This document shows positions 49,430-62,322 of a stretch of DNA of 64,000 nucleotides, piece by piece. Source of the stretch: Okamejei kenojei (Eukaryota); the NCBI GenBank assembly GCA_035221665.1, contig CM069138.1, forward strand, positions 22,506,001 through 22,570,000. Reading direction: 5' to 3'. The notes below the pieces were generated by a model. That model was not told the DNA's origin and made no database searches. It saw nothing but the letters and a program-made list of their open reading frames with translations. Within the stretch, counting starts at the first letter, position 1. Each line of letters starts with the position of its first letter. Position numbers and translations under genes: made by a program.

Positions 49430-51319
49430 AACAGATGTTCAAATTGGGGGAAGATTACACTTGTTTCTCAAACAATGGCAGGAGATAACATCAGATTCAT
49501 TTATACTGAGCAGTAGAGAAGGGGTTACAATTGGATTTTACCCTACTGTGTGTCCACCCAGTCAGCATGTTCCAAGTTGAAAACTTATATTTTCACAAGA
49601 AGAGAATATGCACATACAGGCAGAACTTAACATATTACTCAAAAAAGGGGTTATTGAGAAGTCAGTTCGTCAAAACAGTCAGTTTGTGTCAAATATTTTT
49701 CCTAGGTCTAAAAAGACTGGGGGATGGAGAATCATTCTGGACCTGATGAGCTTGAACCCCTTTGTACACTATAGGCATTCCAAAATGAAACTTTTTCTAC
49801 TGCTAAACAGCTGGTTTCCAAAGGGTGTTATATGGCCAGCATAGATTTGAAGGATGCATACTACTCAGTGATTGTTCATTGTGATGATAAGAGGTATTTG
49901 AAGTTTACCTGGATGAGTCAGTTGTGGCAATTTAAAGCATTGCCTAATAGATTAACTTCAGCTCCCAGATTATTTACCAAATTGTTGAAACCTGTTCTAT
50001 GACTACTCCGAGCTCAGGGGCATGTTGTAATGGCCTATTTGGATGATATTTTAATTATCGGGAAGACTCAGACTGCAGCTGAATCATCTGTTTTAATTGT
50101 TAAACTCACTTTTGAACATTTGGGGTTCATCATTCATCCAGATAAATCCAAATTATCACCAGTTAAAATTATTGATTATTTGGGCTTTACCATTAATTCG
50201 GATTGCATGTTAGTGATTTTGACCAGGGACAAAAGGCAGAAGTTAATTGAAGGTTGTATCAACCTCCTTAGTGAGCAACGACCTTCAATTAGACAGGTAG
50301 CCAGTTTAATTGGCAAATTGGTGGCTGCTTTCCCAGCTGTGCAGTTTGGACCTCTGCATTACCAACACTTACAACAAACAAAATAATAGGCATTGAGGAC
50401 ACATACGGGTCACTTTGACAGGCCCATGCGATTGTTGGCAGAGGCAATTTCAGAAATATAATGGTGGATCACAAATATCTCAAAAGGTTCCAGGTAAATT
50501 TTGGTTGAACCACCTTCCATAATCTTACAGACGGATGTTAGTGCACTGGGTTGGGGTGCTATGGATATGTCTTCCAGTTGTGGAGGCAGATGGAATAGTG
50601 ATGAGACATCCCTTCTGCAATTAAGAGGGATCAATTATTTAGAGCTTTTGGGAACCTTTTATGGGCTTAAAGCTTATTGCTCAGCCAGGAGTCACTTGCA
50701 TGTGCAGGTTCAAATTGACAACACTACAGTAGTGGCATATGTCAACCACATGGGAGGAGTCAAGTCACAATCTTGTGACAGATTGGCTAATCATATCTGG
50801 GGCTGGTGCATTGACAAAAACATCTGGCTTTCAGCAATCTATTTACCAGGTAGATTCAACACAATGGCAGACACAAGGTCACGCCAATTCAATGACAACA
50901 TAGAATGGATGTTAAATCAGGACATATTTAATCAGGTGGTTGCTCAATGTGGAATGCCAGATATTGATGTGTTTGCATCTAGACTAAACCATTAGTTGCC
51001 CAGATATGTTTCATGGGAACATACCTGGTGGATGCATTCTTGCTGCATTGGGGTGGAATGTTTTTATATGCATTTCCTCCATGCTGTCTCATCAGTCGAT
51101 GCTGCAAAAAATCAAGCAGGACACCGCTTCAGAAGTATTGGTAGGATTAGAAGTACTGGTATTCAGCTAGATTGGCCTACCAAGCCATGGTTCCCTCTCG
51201 TATTGCAGATTCAGCCTCATATGATTATTCCCAAACATAAACATCTACTGGTGAGCCCGGTAACTGGTGATCAACATCCTTTACATGATCATATTGATCT
51301 GTTAATTTGCAGATTTTAA
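49430..51319 (+). pseudogene. DIRS RT-RNaseH-methyltransferase-like frame (disrupted)
   Basis: IGGRLHLF, YLDD, RNase H motifs, DIDVFASRLN, YAFPP (51067-51081), DWPTKPWFP. Confidence 0.85.
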
Positions 51320-52289
51320 GAAGGCCATACCTGGGGAAAGGACTGTCTGATCGTACCGTGGACATTCTCACATTGGCCTGCAGGGATAGTACCCAGAAGC
51401 AGTACATCATCTCTATAAGGAAGTGGGAGGTATTATGCCTACAGCAGAATATCTCATATCAGACTGCAGGCATCCCAGATGTACTGGAGTTTTTGTTCCA
51501 CTCTTTACTTCGATCAAAAATTAAGCTATACTGCGATTAATACAGCTAGAAGTGCTCTGTCTTCTTATTTACCCATGAGTTCAGAGTTGCATTCAGTAGG
51601 GACACATCTGTTAGTCTCTAGATTTATGAAGGGGGTTTTTAATTCTAATCCTCCTAATCCCAGATATTCGGGTATTTGGAATGTAAGCGAAGTTCTTATG
51701 CTCCTTCGCCAGTGGACTGCTGTTACAGGCCTATCTCTAGCCAAACTAACCATGAAGGTGGTCATGCTTATGGCGTTGGTATCAGCCCAATGTGTGCAGA
51801 CATTGCAGAAGCTACGCCTAGACAGAATGCAGATATCGGCAGATGCCATCACTTTTTCTGTTTATGATCTGCTCAAACAGAGTAGAATAGGCATGACAGG
51901 ATGTAAGATTGTTTTTCAGCATACCCAACAGATGTTCGTCTGTGTGTAGTGTCATATTTGTCTCATTACATTGAGGCTATCAGAGTCCTACGAGGAACAG
52001 ATTCCGCATTATTTATTAGCTACAAAAAAACACACAGTAAGGTGTCAGTGCAAACAATTTCAAGGTGGCTAAAGCAGGTTCTGGGAATGCTGGGATTGAT
52101 ATTGATAATTTCAAATCTAATTTCACCAGGGCGGGATCAACGTCCGCGGCTAGGGCGATGGACGTGTCTATAGACCATATCCTCGTGGCCGCAGGGTGGT
52201 CCAGTGAGCTGACCTTCCAGAAATTCTATCATAAGCCGATTCTAAGGCTGGGGGTATTTGCTGAGTCTGTTTTAAGTTCTGCTATATAG
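51307..52289 (+). pseudogene. DIRS tyrosine recombinase (disrupted)
   Basis: INTARSALS, LMALVSAQC (catalytic R replaced by C), TISRWLK, NFTR (HSTR decayed), AGWSS..TFQKFY. Confidence 0.85.
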
Positions 52290-53486
52290 TTTCCCCCTGA
52301 GGTAGAGGGGTTGCTATTGTTTTTCTTTGTAAATAAACAGTTAATTCATTTAAACAATGTTATGATTGATGCATTATTGATTATTTAACTATTTGAGTCA
52401 ATCAATGCAGTGAGATGCCGGATTTGGGTCTGCGGCATGAAATCACAGAGCTTTGAAATCTTCACGTAGTCACTCACGTGACCCCAAAGTAAAATAGTAA
52501 GATTAAATGAGAACTTACCAGTTTGAAGTTTGATCTTTATTTTATGAGGAGTTACGATGAGGGACTACGTGCCCTCTGCTTCCAACCCTCATAAATATCA
52601 TCTGGTATTTCTAGTCTTACTATTATACTTCAGTCACTATTACCTGTGATTTCACTCCACTGCTTTGAAGATTGACGCATGTGCGGCTGGACGGGGTTCT
52701 TCACGTAGTCCCTCATCATAACTCCTCATAAAATAAAGATCAAACTTCAAACGGGTAAGTTCTCGTTTAATCTTATTATTTGGGCAGGTTGGGTGAGTGG
52801 GCAGATGCATGGCAAATTACGTTTAATGTGGATAAATGTGAGGTTATCCACTTTGGTATCACAAACAGGAAGGCAGACTACTATCTAAATGGCATTAAGT
52901 TGGGAAAAGGGGAAGTACAACGGGATCTGGAGGTCCTCGTTCATCAGTCTATGAAAGTAACATGCAGGTACAGCAGGCAGTGAAGAAAGCGAATGTCATG
53001 TTGGCCTTTATAACAAGAGGAGTTAAGTATAGGAGCAAAAAAGTCCTTCTGCAGATGTAAAGGGCCCTCGTGAGACCACACCTGGAGTATTGTGTGCAGT
53101 TTTGGTCCTCTAATTCGAGGGACATTCTTGCTATTGAAGCTTTGCAGTGTAAGAAAGCCATCCCCACGCATGCGCGTCATTACGTCTGACGCGTTGCGCA
53201 CGGACTGACTGGTGGGCGCGCAGCTACTGCCAGCGGTAAGTGTTTGAACCTAGAAGGTAAGTTTTAACTTATTTCTAGGGCAGTTTTTTGTATTGCAGGA
53301 TTGCCTGCTGAATTTGGAGCGAAGTTGGACAGGCCGCGGGAAACCAGTTATGGACTGTGGGGAAATCCCGGTCCGGACCGCGGAATTGCGGGTAGCCGGC
53401 GACCGTCGGGTTCGCACCCTAGTCGCTGACAAGGAGGTCAGCGACACCCAGGAGAGGAATGCGAGTGGGGGTTCTCCCAGTATGGG

Positions 53487-54060
53487 CTCCCAGACCGCTA
53501 TGGTCCCCCAGAGAACGGGGTTAGACTGGCAGTTAGCCGGTCTTACTACCCCAGTCACTGTTAATGGGGTTAGCAGCTCCCACATTGCATGGTTCCCCCA
53601 GAGTAGGGGTTAGACTGACAGTCAGCCAGTCTTGCAACCCCATCCGCTCACTTGGGATCTGCAGTTCCTACACCATTATGGTTCCCCAGGAAAAGGGGTT
53701 AGACTGGCAGCAAGCCGGTCTTGTAACCCCAGCCATTCACTATGGGGTCTGCAGCTCCTGCACCATTGTGGTCCCCAGAAATAGGGGTTAGACTGGCAGC
53801 AAGCTGGTCTAGCTACCCCAGTCTCGGACAATTGGGTCAGCAACCCCCAGACCGCTTAGGTCTTCCTAGAGAAAGCGGTCAGACTGGCAATAAGCTGGTC
53901 ACACTACTGCAGTCGCTGACAATGGTGTCAGCAGCTCCCAGACTGCTTAGGTCTTCTTAAATAAGGGGAAAACTGGCATTAAGCTGGTCTCAAGACCCAG
54001 TCACTAACTATGGAGTCAGCAACTCAAAGACCGCTATGGTTCACCAGGAAAGGGGTCTAA
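53487..54060. repeat. ~90-bp diverged tandem array in DIRS 5' region
   Basis: About 6-7 copies of ctcccagaccgctatggt..ggggttagactggcag..gccggtct. Confidence 0.85.
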
Positions 54061-54667
54061 CCATGAGGAAGCTGGTCAGGCCTTGGGCCAGGAGGTTCCC
54101 CCCCTCCTTCTATGGGTAGCGTCTGTGAACGCCTAAAACCCACCTGGAAAAAGGCACCTAATGGAGGTTGCTCCAGAGAGATATGCTCCAGAAGAAAGCT
54201 ATCTGAGACCGGCTATTATGAAAAACCCGCTGGCAGCGGCACCTGTTAGGGCGGCTCAATGTCTCCCTCGCTGATGAGGGGAGCATCAGGGGTCAGTTTT
54301 GCTCTGGCCCAGAGTCATATTCTGATATAGGTCCGAGGGGCCATGTCAGCGCAGGTATCCTCAGGGGTCTGCGGCAGCACCTGTTAGGGCTGCACAATAT
54401 CTCCCTCTCTGAGGAGGGGAGCATCAGGGTTCAGTTTCGCTCTGGCCCAGAGTCATATTCTGATATAGGCCCGAGGGGCCATGTCAACACAGGCATCTTC
54501 AGGGGCCTGCGGCAGCACCTGTCTCAGGACTGTCTACGAGTCTCCCTCTCGGTGGAGGGGAGTGCGAGGACATACTCGCAAGGGAAGATGCAAAAAAACC
54601 GGCAGGGGCCAGATTCCCTCACGCTACAAGTGCCGGCAATGCACAGAGCTATCAAATGAAACCACCA

Positions 54668-54761
54668 AGGGTACACAAAATGCTGGAGAAACTCAGCGGG
54701 TGGAGCAGCATCTATGGAGCGAAGGAGATAGGCAATGTTTCGGGCCGAAACCCTTCTTCAG
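54668..54761 (-). mobile_element. 94-bp Penelope-derived mini-insertion
   Basis: 13-bp TSD aatgaaaccacca (54655-54667, 54762-54774); begins exactly at CTGAAGA of the hammerhead core. Confidence 0.85.
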
Positions 54762-57700
54762 AATGAAACCACCATATCGGCGATGACACCCTCACGCCTC
54801 AACGGCAGTAAGCAGTTCACTGAAGTTGATGGGCGTTTAAAAGCTGGGCCAAGCTGGTCTCAGGAAGGAAATCAAGGATGGGGATGAAACCCACATCAGG
54901 GGCCTTTGGGCTTACCATAAGACCACCAGTAACCATGGAGGTAGGTAGCTCCGGTTCGTTTGAAATGTGGGGTAAGTGGACCATTTACAAGTTTGTAATA
55001 TTTACACTTGTTTTGTACAAATGAAAATGATAACATGTGATGGGTAATTATTTCGCAGTATGCAAGGGTACCAAGCATGGCTTTGAATTGTGGACAGAGT
55101 TGTCTTTCAAGGCAGACTCAGTATTAAGGCCGGAGCAGTTTTAAGGCAGGCCAGTAGGATGGCCAGAACTGCATTCAAGGCAGGCATGGAATTATGGCAG
55201 GCGTGGTCTGTTCCTTGTGAAAGATGGAGAGATGTCGGTTCATATTTCATTTACTCCCATCTGCAACATAGCTTTTCAGTATAGGGAATTTCTCTACTGT
55301 CTAATTACTTATTTCCTTACGATCTTTACGAACTACATCAAGATCATAGATGCATACTGTTTAGGACCCATTCACAGGAGACCACCAGAGACATTTCAAA
55401 TTGATCGGGAGGATATTTCTTACGCTGTGTTTTGCTTTTATCAACTGTTTCAGCCATCCAGTCAAATTTAAGTTTATACAAACTGGAAGTTGTTGTTTAT
55501 CGGCTTCACTTTAACTATTAATTACGTGTGACTCCGCCCTGGGGCAACAGATTGGAATCAATTGAAGCCTGTAACAACCTTGTTATCAAGCAGTCTTTTA
55601 TTTATCAAGAGTAATTGGCTATAGCAGCAGTGTTTCAGCTGTGCAATTGGGTCTTGCATTATTAGAACTTTCAACGTGCAAGTATTAACCTCTCAAGTGC
55701 CATATAGGTCATTGTTAACAGACCTATGCTATTATCAGCTGAAGCTACCAAAGTCACAATGGTGGTCGAACTACATTCAGCATTGCTCCAGTAGTTTTGG
55801 TCATATTATCTTCAGTTATATTACTTACACGTGCTAGAACTAAGACGGAAAATCATGAATGCCATCTCTAGTAATGAATGCGGATGGAATTTGCATGAAT
55901 CACCAATTCTTCAGTTATTGGTATTAACTACCTATAGACACTAGGTGTATTCTGTGGGTTAAAGGGTTATTGTGCGAATATGCAAAACCTGCATACTTAG
56001 TTCCAAGTTGATACACTGTGATGGTGGCATTTATTAGTCACATGGATGCAATAAAGTCAAAGTATCCTGTCGTAATTTACCCAACCTTTTTTGGCGCTGA
56101 TGTATCATCCTGCAAAGTCAATGACAACGCAGTATGGATGTTGGATCACAAAGCATTTTAGGATCTATGGCTCGATGGCACCCAATATCGATATGTTTGC
56201 ACGCAGGCTCATTCTTGCTACACAGGTGAGGAATGTTTTTTTTTATGTGGTTCTCCATTTTGCCTCAGCAGTCGGGGCTTGCAATATTCAGTAAGATCCC
56301 GCATTCAGGTTTGTCTGACTGGCTTACGCAGTCGGACTGTCTGACTGGCTTACGCAGCCATGTTTTCCTGCAAATGTTGGGAATACTATAGAACCTTATA
56401 TGGGGTTCTAAACATAAAACTTTGCTGGTTCAGCCTGGGATTCGGGGAACCAGCCTCTACAATTCATTGCTTTATAGAATCTGAGAAGACCGCTCCTGTG
56501 GCTCGGGGTGTCAGACTGATCCATGTATGTCTCACTGCAGAATGCAGGGATAGCAACAAAAAAGCAGTATTTTGCCTCTTCAGGGGATGTGAAGAGTTTT
56601 TTCTGTTAAATGTTATGTTACACATAATACGGCACGGACATTGACGTCTTAGATTTCTTTTCTATGGATCTTTGACAATAACTTAAGTTATAGTTCCATT
56701 AACTGTACCCAACGTGCTTCTCCTCATCGTTGTTGCAGCAAGTGGGACCTGCTCTCTTGGGATTCACCCTCTGGTGTCCAGTATTTAGGATATCATTAAC
56801 ACAAGTTCTTCCAGACCCAAGTACACGGACATATGGGATATTGACATTGTGTTAACATTTATTCACCATGGGGCTCCAGCTATATCTCTATCTTTGGTTC
56901 GGCTAGGTAAGTTATTCCCTGGCGCTGCCCTCAGCACATGGGTCCAGTCATTACATAAATTGCGAATGGACAGGATCATTACACCTGCAATATCATAATT
57001 CATGTTTACATACCCCATGCACCTTCGGTTACATGTGGTCACACGCTTACATCATTACGTCAAGATCATCTAGAACCTTAGAGGCTCTGATACTAGTTCT
57101 GACCATCTCCAGGTGGTTATGCGAGGTTTGGCTTATACTGGAGTAGATACTGATTTCTAATCTCACTCCACCAGGGCTGCTACAACATCAGCAGCAAGGG
57201 TTATGTGCAGTCCTCTGGACCACATCCAGTCAACTGCAGGATGGTCTAACAAGCGAGGTATCCAACATTTATTTTAACTCATTGCCAGACCAGGGGTATT
57301 TGCCAACTTTATTTAGGTTCAATTTATAGTTCCCCTCGGTTCAGAGGGGTTACTGTTATTATTGTTTGTTCTTTTATCAGCATCAGCATGTTTTAAATCT
57401 ATGTATGTATGCATTATAATGTTTCCCTCTTCTATGGTCAACTGATGCAATCGTGCTTGTGTGGACTCGTTTTCCACGGCATGAAATCACAGACCTTCAA
57501 AGTCTTCACATAGTCACTCACTTGACTCCGAAGTAAATGAGTAAGATTAAACGAGAACTTACCAGTTTGAAGTTTGATCGTTATCTTATGAGGCGTTACG
57601 ATGAGGGATTACGTGCCCTCCGCTCCCTACCTTCGTAACGTAACGATCATTTGGTAGTTCTAGTCATCTATATCTTACTATATTAGTTCAGCAACTGTTA

Positions 57701-57836
57701 TCTGTGATTTCACACTGCTGCTTTGAAGATTGACATGCATGCATGGGGACGGCCTTCTTCACGTAATCCCTCATCGTAACTACTCATAAAATAATGATCA
57801 AACTTCAAACTGGTAAGTTCTCATTTAATCTTACTA

Positions 57837-59022
57837 TTTTATCTCAAGATGGTTTTATATATCTAGGGATACACATTACCCGCTCTTTCATATCTCTGTT
57901 TGAAACTAACTATACGCCTCAAGCGAGACAAATGAAGGCTGACTTTGAGAGATGGCGTATTCTACCCCTTACTATGGCTAGGAGAGTGCAGTCGGTGAAG
58001 ATGACTCTACTCCCAGATTACTTTACTTGTTCCAATGCTTGCCGGTCTTCCTATCCAAGTCATTTTTTTTACTCAGTTAACCAATCCATAACCTTCTTTA
58101 TATGGGGTAACAAGGTTCCAAGGATCAATAAGTCCACTCTCCAAAGAGGTCGTGAAGTAGGTGGACTGGGCCTTCCTAGCTTTATTCATTATTACTGGGC
58201 ATCCAATATCCAAAATATATTATTCTGGCTCCACTGACCAGAGACAGGTTGGTCTCTGCTTGAGTCACAGCCTTGTTACTCCTCGTCTCTCCCAGCTTTA
58301 GTATATTCCTTCCTGCCATTGTAACCCTCTCGATTTACATCCAACCCTGTCGTACTACCCACCATCAAAATGTTTAATCAATTTTGCTGCCACTATAAGT
58401 TCACATCAGCTTCAGTTCTGGGTCCCATTCACAGTAACCATTTATTCCCCCCCCCCTTCTACACTTGACTCAACCTTTAGACAATGGGGTTTGAATGGTC
58501 TTATGTGCATTAAGGATTTATGCACTGACACCATATTTGATGATCTTGATAACCTGTACAGAAAACATGGCCTCCCACATAATCATTTCTTTAAATATCT
58601 TCAGGTCCGCCACTTTGCCATGAAAAAATGTCCCTCTTTTCCTGATCTCCCGCCTGTCACAGTGTTGGATAAACTCACTCTTACCTTTACAAATAAAGGA
58701 CTGATCTCTGTGTTATATTCTCAACTGATATCTTTAGGAGATCAAAACCTGAACAAAGTTAAAGCTAGGTGGGAGGATGTCCTTGGTATGGATCTTTCTG
58801 AGGAATACTGGACAGAAGAACTGAACATAGTCAATTTCTCGTCATCATGTGATAGATTGGGGCTCTTACTATTCAAAGCTTTACATAGGGTTATTTAAGC
58901 AAAGCCAGGCTGACATATATCCAGGGATAGATGCTGGCTGTGACAGGTGCTCCTTTTCTCTAGCCAATGTACCTCATGCATTCTGGTCTTGCCCCAAACT
59001 TGGTAACTACTAGGCAGTGGTT
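57837..59022 (+). mobile_element. L1-clade LINE ORF2 3' fragment
   Basis: FIYLGIHIT, GGLGLP.F..YYWA, FFKYLQVRHF, CCHC knuckle CDRC..HAFWSCP; probable 3'UTR resumes at about 62130-62318 ending caataaaaaa. Confidence 0.85.
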
Positions 59023-59025
59023 TTT

Positions 59026-59962
59026 AGATTAGATTAGATTAGATTACCTTTATTGTCATTCAGACCTTTCGGTCTGAACGAAATTTCGTGCCTGCAGTCA
59101 TACATATAATAAAAGTAACAAAAACACACTATAAACACAAATTTAACATCCACCACAGTGAGTCCACCAAACACCTCCTCACTGTGATGGAAGGCAAAAG
59201 TCTTAGTCTTTGTCTCTACCCTCCTTGTTCTCCCACTGCGCTGAGGCGATCCAGGCCTCCGATGTTGTTGGTAATGCTGAAACGCCAGAACACCGCCACA
59301 GCACCAAAGTCAGGCCACAGCTCCAAGTCGGGCCACTGCCGCTACCAGAACGCCGGAGTGCCGCCACAGCTCCAAGTCGGGCCGCCGCCGGTGCCGGAAC
59401 GCCGGAGTGCTGCCACAGCTCCAAATCGGGCCACAGCTCCAAGTCGGGCCACAGCTCCAAGTCGGGCCACCGCTCCGAGTCAGGCCAGAGCTCCAAATCG
59501 GGCCACTGCCGCTACCGGAACGCCGGAGTGCCGCCACAGCTCCAAATCGGGCCACAGCTCCAAGTCGGGCCACAGCTCCAAGTCGGGCCACAGCTCCAAG
59601 TCGGGCCACAGCTCCAAGTCGGGCCACTGCCGCTGCCGGAACGCCGGAGTGCCGCCACAGCTCCAAATCGGGCCACAGCTCCAAGTCGGGCCACAGCTCC
59701 AAGTCGGGCCACCGCTCCGAGTCAGGCCACAGCTCCAAGTCGGGCCGCTGCCGCTACCGGAACGCCGGAGTGCCGCCACAGCTCCAAGTCCGGCCGCTGC
59801 TGCTGCTAGGTCGGGCCAGTCGGGCCACTGCCGCTGCTGGAACTGCCGCCACAGCCCCAAGGCCGTCAGCTCCGCCATGAGGCCGCAGCGCAGATGGAGA
59901 CAGGGGACACGACAAGAAAAGGTCGTATCCCCCAGAAGGAAGAGACTAAAACATGTTTCTCC
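59026..59962 (-). mobile_element. GC-rich non-autonomous retroelement with 18-bp minisatellite
   Basis: Same 3' hairpin as 44706-44725 (59059-59078); (aatct)n tail; (gccacagctccaagtcgg)n at 59290-59850. Confidence 0.8.
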
Positions 59963-62130
59963 CGTAAGGGAGAATTGGGACACTTTGTTTCATGGGAAGG
60001 ATGTAGAAGAGAAATGGAGGACATTTAAAGGGGAAATCGTAAGAGTACAGAATCTTTATGTCCCTGTTAGGGTGAAAGGAAATAGTAAAAATTGGAAAGA
60101 GCCATTGTTTTCAAGGGAAATTGGACACTTGTTTCGAAAAAAGAGAGATATCTACAATAATTATAGGAGGCATGGAGTAAATGAGGTGCTAGAGGAGTAT
60201 AAAGAATGTAAAAAGAATCTTAAGAAAGAAATTAGGAAGGCTAAAAGAAGATATGAGGTTGCTTTGGCAAGAAAGGAGAAAGTAAACCCAAAGGGTTTCT
60301 ACAGCTATATTAATAGCAAAAGGATAACGAGGGATAAAATTGGGACCATTAGAGAACCAGAATGGACAGCTATCTGCAGAGCCAAAAGAGATTGGGGGAG
60401 ATATTGAACAATTTCTTTTCTTCGGTATTCAACAAGGAGAAGGATATTGAACTCGGTGAGTTAAGGGGAAAGAGTAGAGTAGCTATGGAAACTATGAGAT
60501 TCAAAGAGGAGGAAGTACTGACACTTTTGAAAAATATAAAAGTGGATAAGTCTCCAGGTCCTGACAGGATATTCCCTAGGACATTGCGGGAAGTTAGTGT
60601 AGAAATAGCAGGAGCTATGACAGAAATATTTCAAATGTCATTAGAAACGGGAATAGTGCCGGAGGATTGGCGTACTGCGCATGTTGTTCCATTGTTTAAA
60701 AAGGGTTCAAATAATAAACCTAGCAATTATAGACCTATTAGTTTGACGTCAGTGGTGGGCAAATTAATGGAAAGGATATTTTAGAGATAATATATATAAG
60801 CATCTGGATAAACAGGGTCTGATCAGGAACAGTCAACATGGATTTGTGCCTGGAAGGTCATGTTTGACAAACTTTCTTGAATTTTTTGAAGCGGTAACTA
60901 GGGAAATTGATGAGGGTTTTAAGCAGTGGATGTTGTCTATATGGATTTCAGTAAGGCCTTTGACAAGGTTCCCCATGGAAGGTTGGTTAAGAAGGTTCAA
61001 TCTTTGGGTGTTAATGGCGGAGTAGCAAGATGGATTCAACAGTGGCTGAATGGGAGATGTCCAGAGAGTAATGGTGGATGGCTGTTTGTCAGGTTGGAAG
61101 CCGGTGACCAGTGGGGTGCCTCAGGGATCTGTGTTGGGTCCACTGTTGTTTGTCATGTACATCAATGATCTGGATGATGGGGTGGAAAATTGGATAAGTA
61201 AGTATGCAGATGATACTAAGATAGGTGGTGTTGTGGATAATGAAGTAGATTTTCAAAGTCTACAGAGAGATTTGGGCCATTTGGAAAAGTGGGCTGAAAG
61301 ATGGCAGGTGGAGTTTAATGCTGATAAGTGTGAAGTGCTACATCTTGGCAGGACAAATCAAAATAGGACGTAAATGGTAAATGGTAGGGAATTGAGGAAT
61401 GCTGTGGAACAGAGAGATCTAGGAATAACTGTGCATAGTTCCCTGAAGGTGGAATCGCATGTAGATGGGGTGGTAAAGGAAGCCTTTGGTGTGCTGGACT
61501 TTATGAATCAGAGCATTGAATATAGTAGGGAAGTAATGTTAAAATTGTACAAGGCATTGGTAAGACCAATTCTGGAGTATGGTGTACAATTTTGGTCGCC
61601 TAGTTATAGGAAGGATGTCAACAAAATAGAGAGAGTACAGAGGAGATTTACTAGAATGTTGCCAGGGTTCCAGCAACTATGTTACAGAGAAAGGTTGAAC
61701 AAGTTAGGTCTTTATTCTTTGGAGCGCAGAAGGTTAAGGGGGGACTTGATTGAGGTCTTTAAAATGATGGAAGGGATAGACAGAGTTGACGTGGATATGT
61801 TTTTCCCATTGAGGGTAGGGAAGATTCAAACAAGAGGGCATGACATGAGAATTAAGGGACAGAGGTTTTGGGGTAACGTGAGGGGGAACTTCTTTACTCA
61901 GAGGGAGGTGGCTGTGTGGAATCAGCTTCCAGCAGAAGTGGTGGAGGCAGGATCGATTTTAACATTTAAGAGTAAAGTGGATAGGTATATGGACGTGAAG
62001 GGAATGGAGGGGTATGGTCTGAGTGCAGGTAGATGGGAATGGGGAAAACAAATGGTCGGCACGGACTGGAAGGGCCGAGAGGGCCTGTTTCCGTGCTGTA
62101 ATTGTTATATGGTTATATGGTTATATGGTT
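59963..62130 (+). mobile_element. CR1 LINE ORF2 (RT), 5'-truncated, disrupted
   Basis: KSPGPD, NYRPISLT, YMDFSKAFD, GVPQGSVLGP, KYADD; (tatggt)n tail. Confidence 0.95.
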
Positions 62131-62322
62131 AATGTAGAGGTATTGCTGTCAAAATGTGCATTTGAATTTGTGATATGTTGTATTGTGAACACATTAGCTG
62201 CCAAGGGATGTTCAGGGAGGGTGAGCGAGGGTAACTTTGTTGCTATATATAAAAAATAAAATGGGGGAAAATGTAATGCAATACATCAGCTGTATTGTAT
62301 CTTTCCTTCAATAAAAAACTAA

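Larger units (their letters stand above)
47756..52778 (+). mobile_element. Full-length DIRS1-like tyrosine-recombinase retrotransposon (inactivated)
   Basis: ITR 47779-47816 / 52673-52710; ICR 52460-52571; gag-like, RT (WRIILDL, IDLKDAY, YLDD), RNase H (TDVS..GWG, INYLEL, DNTT), MT-like and YR reading frames with stops. Confidence 0.95.
47625..53139 (+). mobile_element. CR1 fragment interrupted by the DIRS element
   Basis: atgcagggtga (ends 47755) rejoins tttgggcaggttgggtgagtgggcagatgc (from 52779). Confidence 0.85.
53148..57836 (+). mobile_element. Second, older DIRS1-like element (left end clipped)
   Basis: Left ITR remnant matches the right ITR (57731-57768); ICR about 57503-57616; degenerate RT/YR including tctcactccaccagggc (SHSTR). 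Confidence 0.85.

Noticed and set aside
53487-54060. Regularly spaced repeats resembling a CRISPR array
   Set aside because: Whole units are homologous with no unique spacers; eukaryotic context; no cas genes.
59150-59190. RSS heptamers CACAGTG/CACTGTG (also near 31905 and 36820)
   Set aside because: Part of a retroelement core; no nonamer at 12/23-bp spacing and no adjacent V/D/J segment.
59088-60407. 439-aa ORF
   Set aside because: Chance fusion of an 18-bp minisatellite (antisense element) with a CR1 ORF2 fragment.
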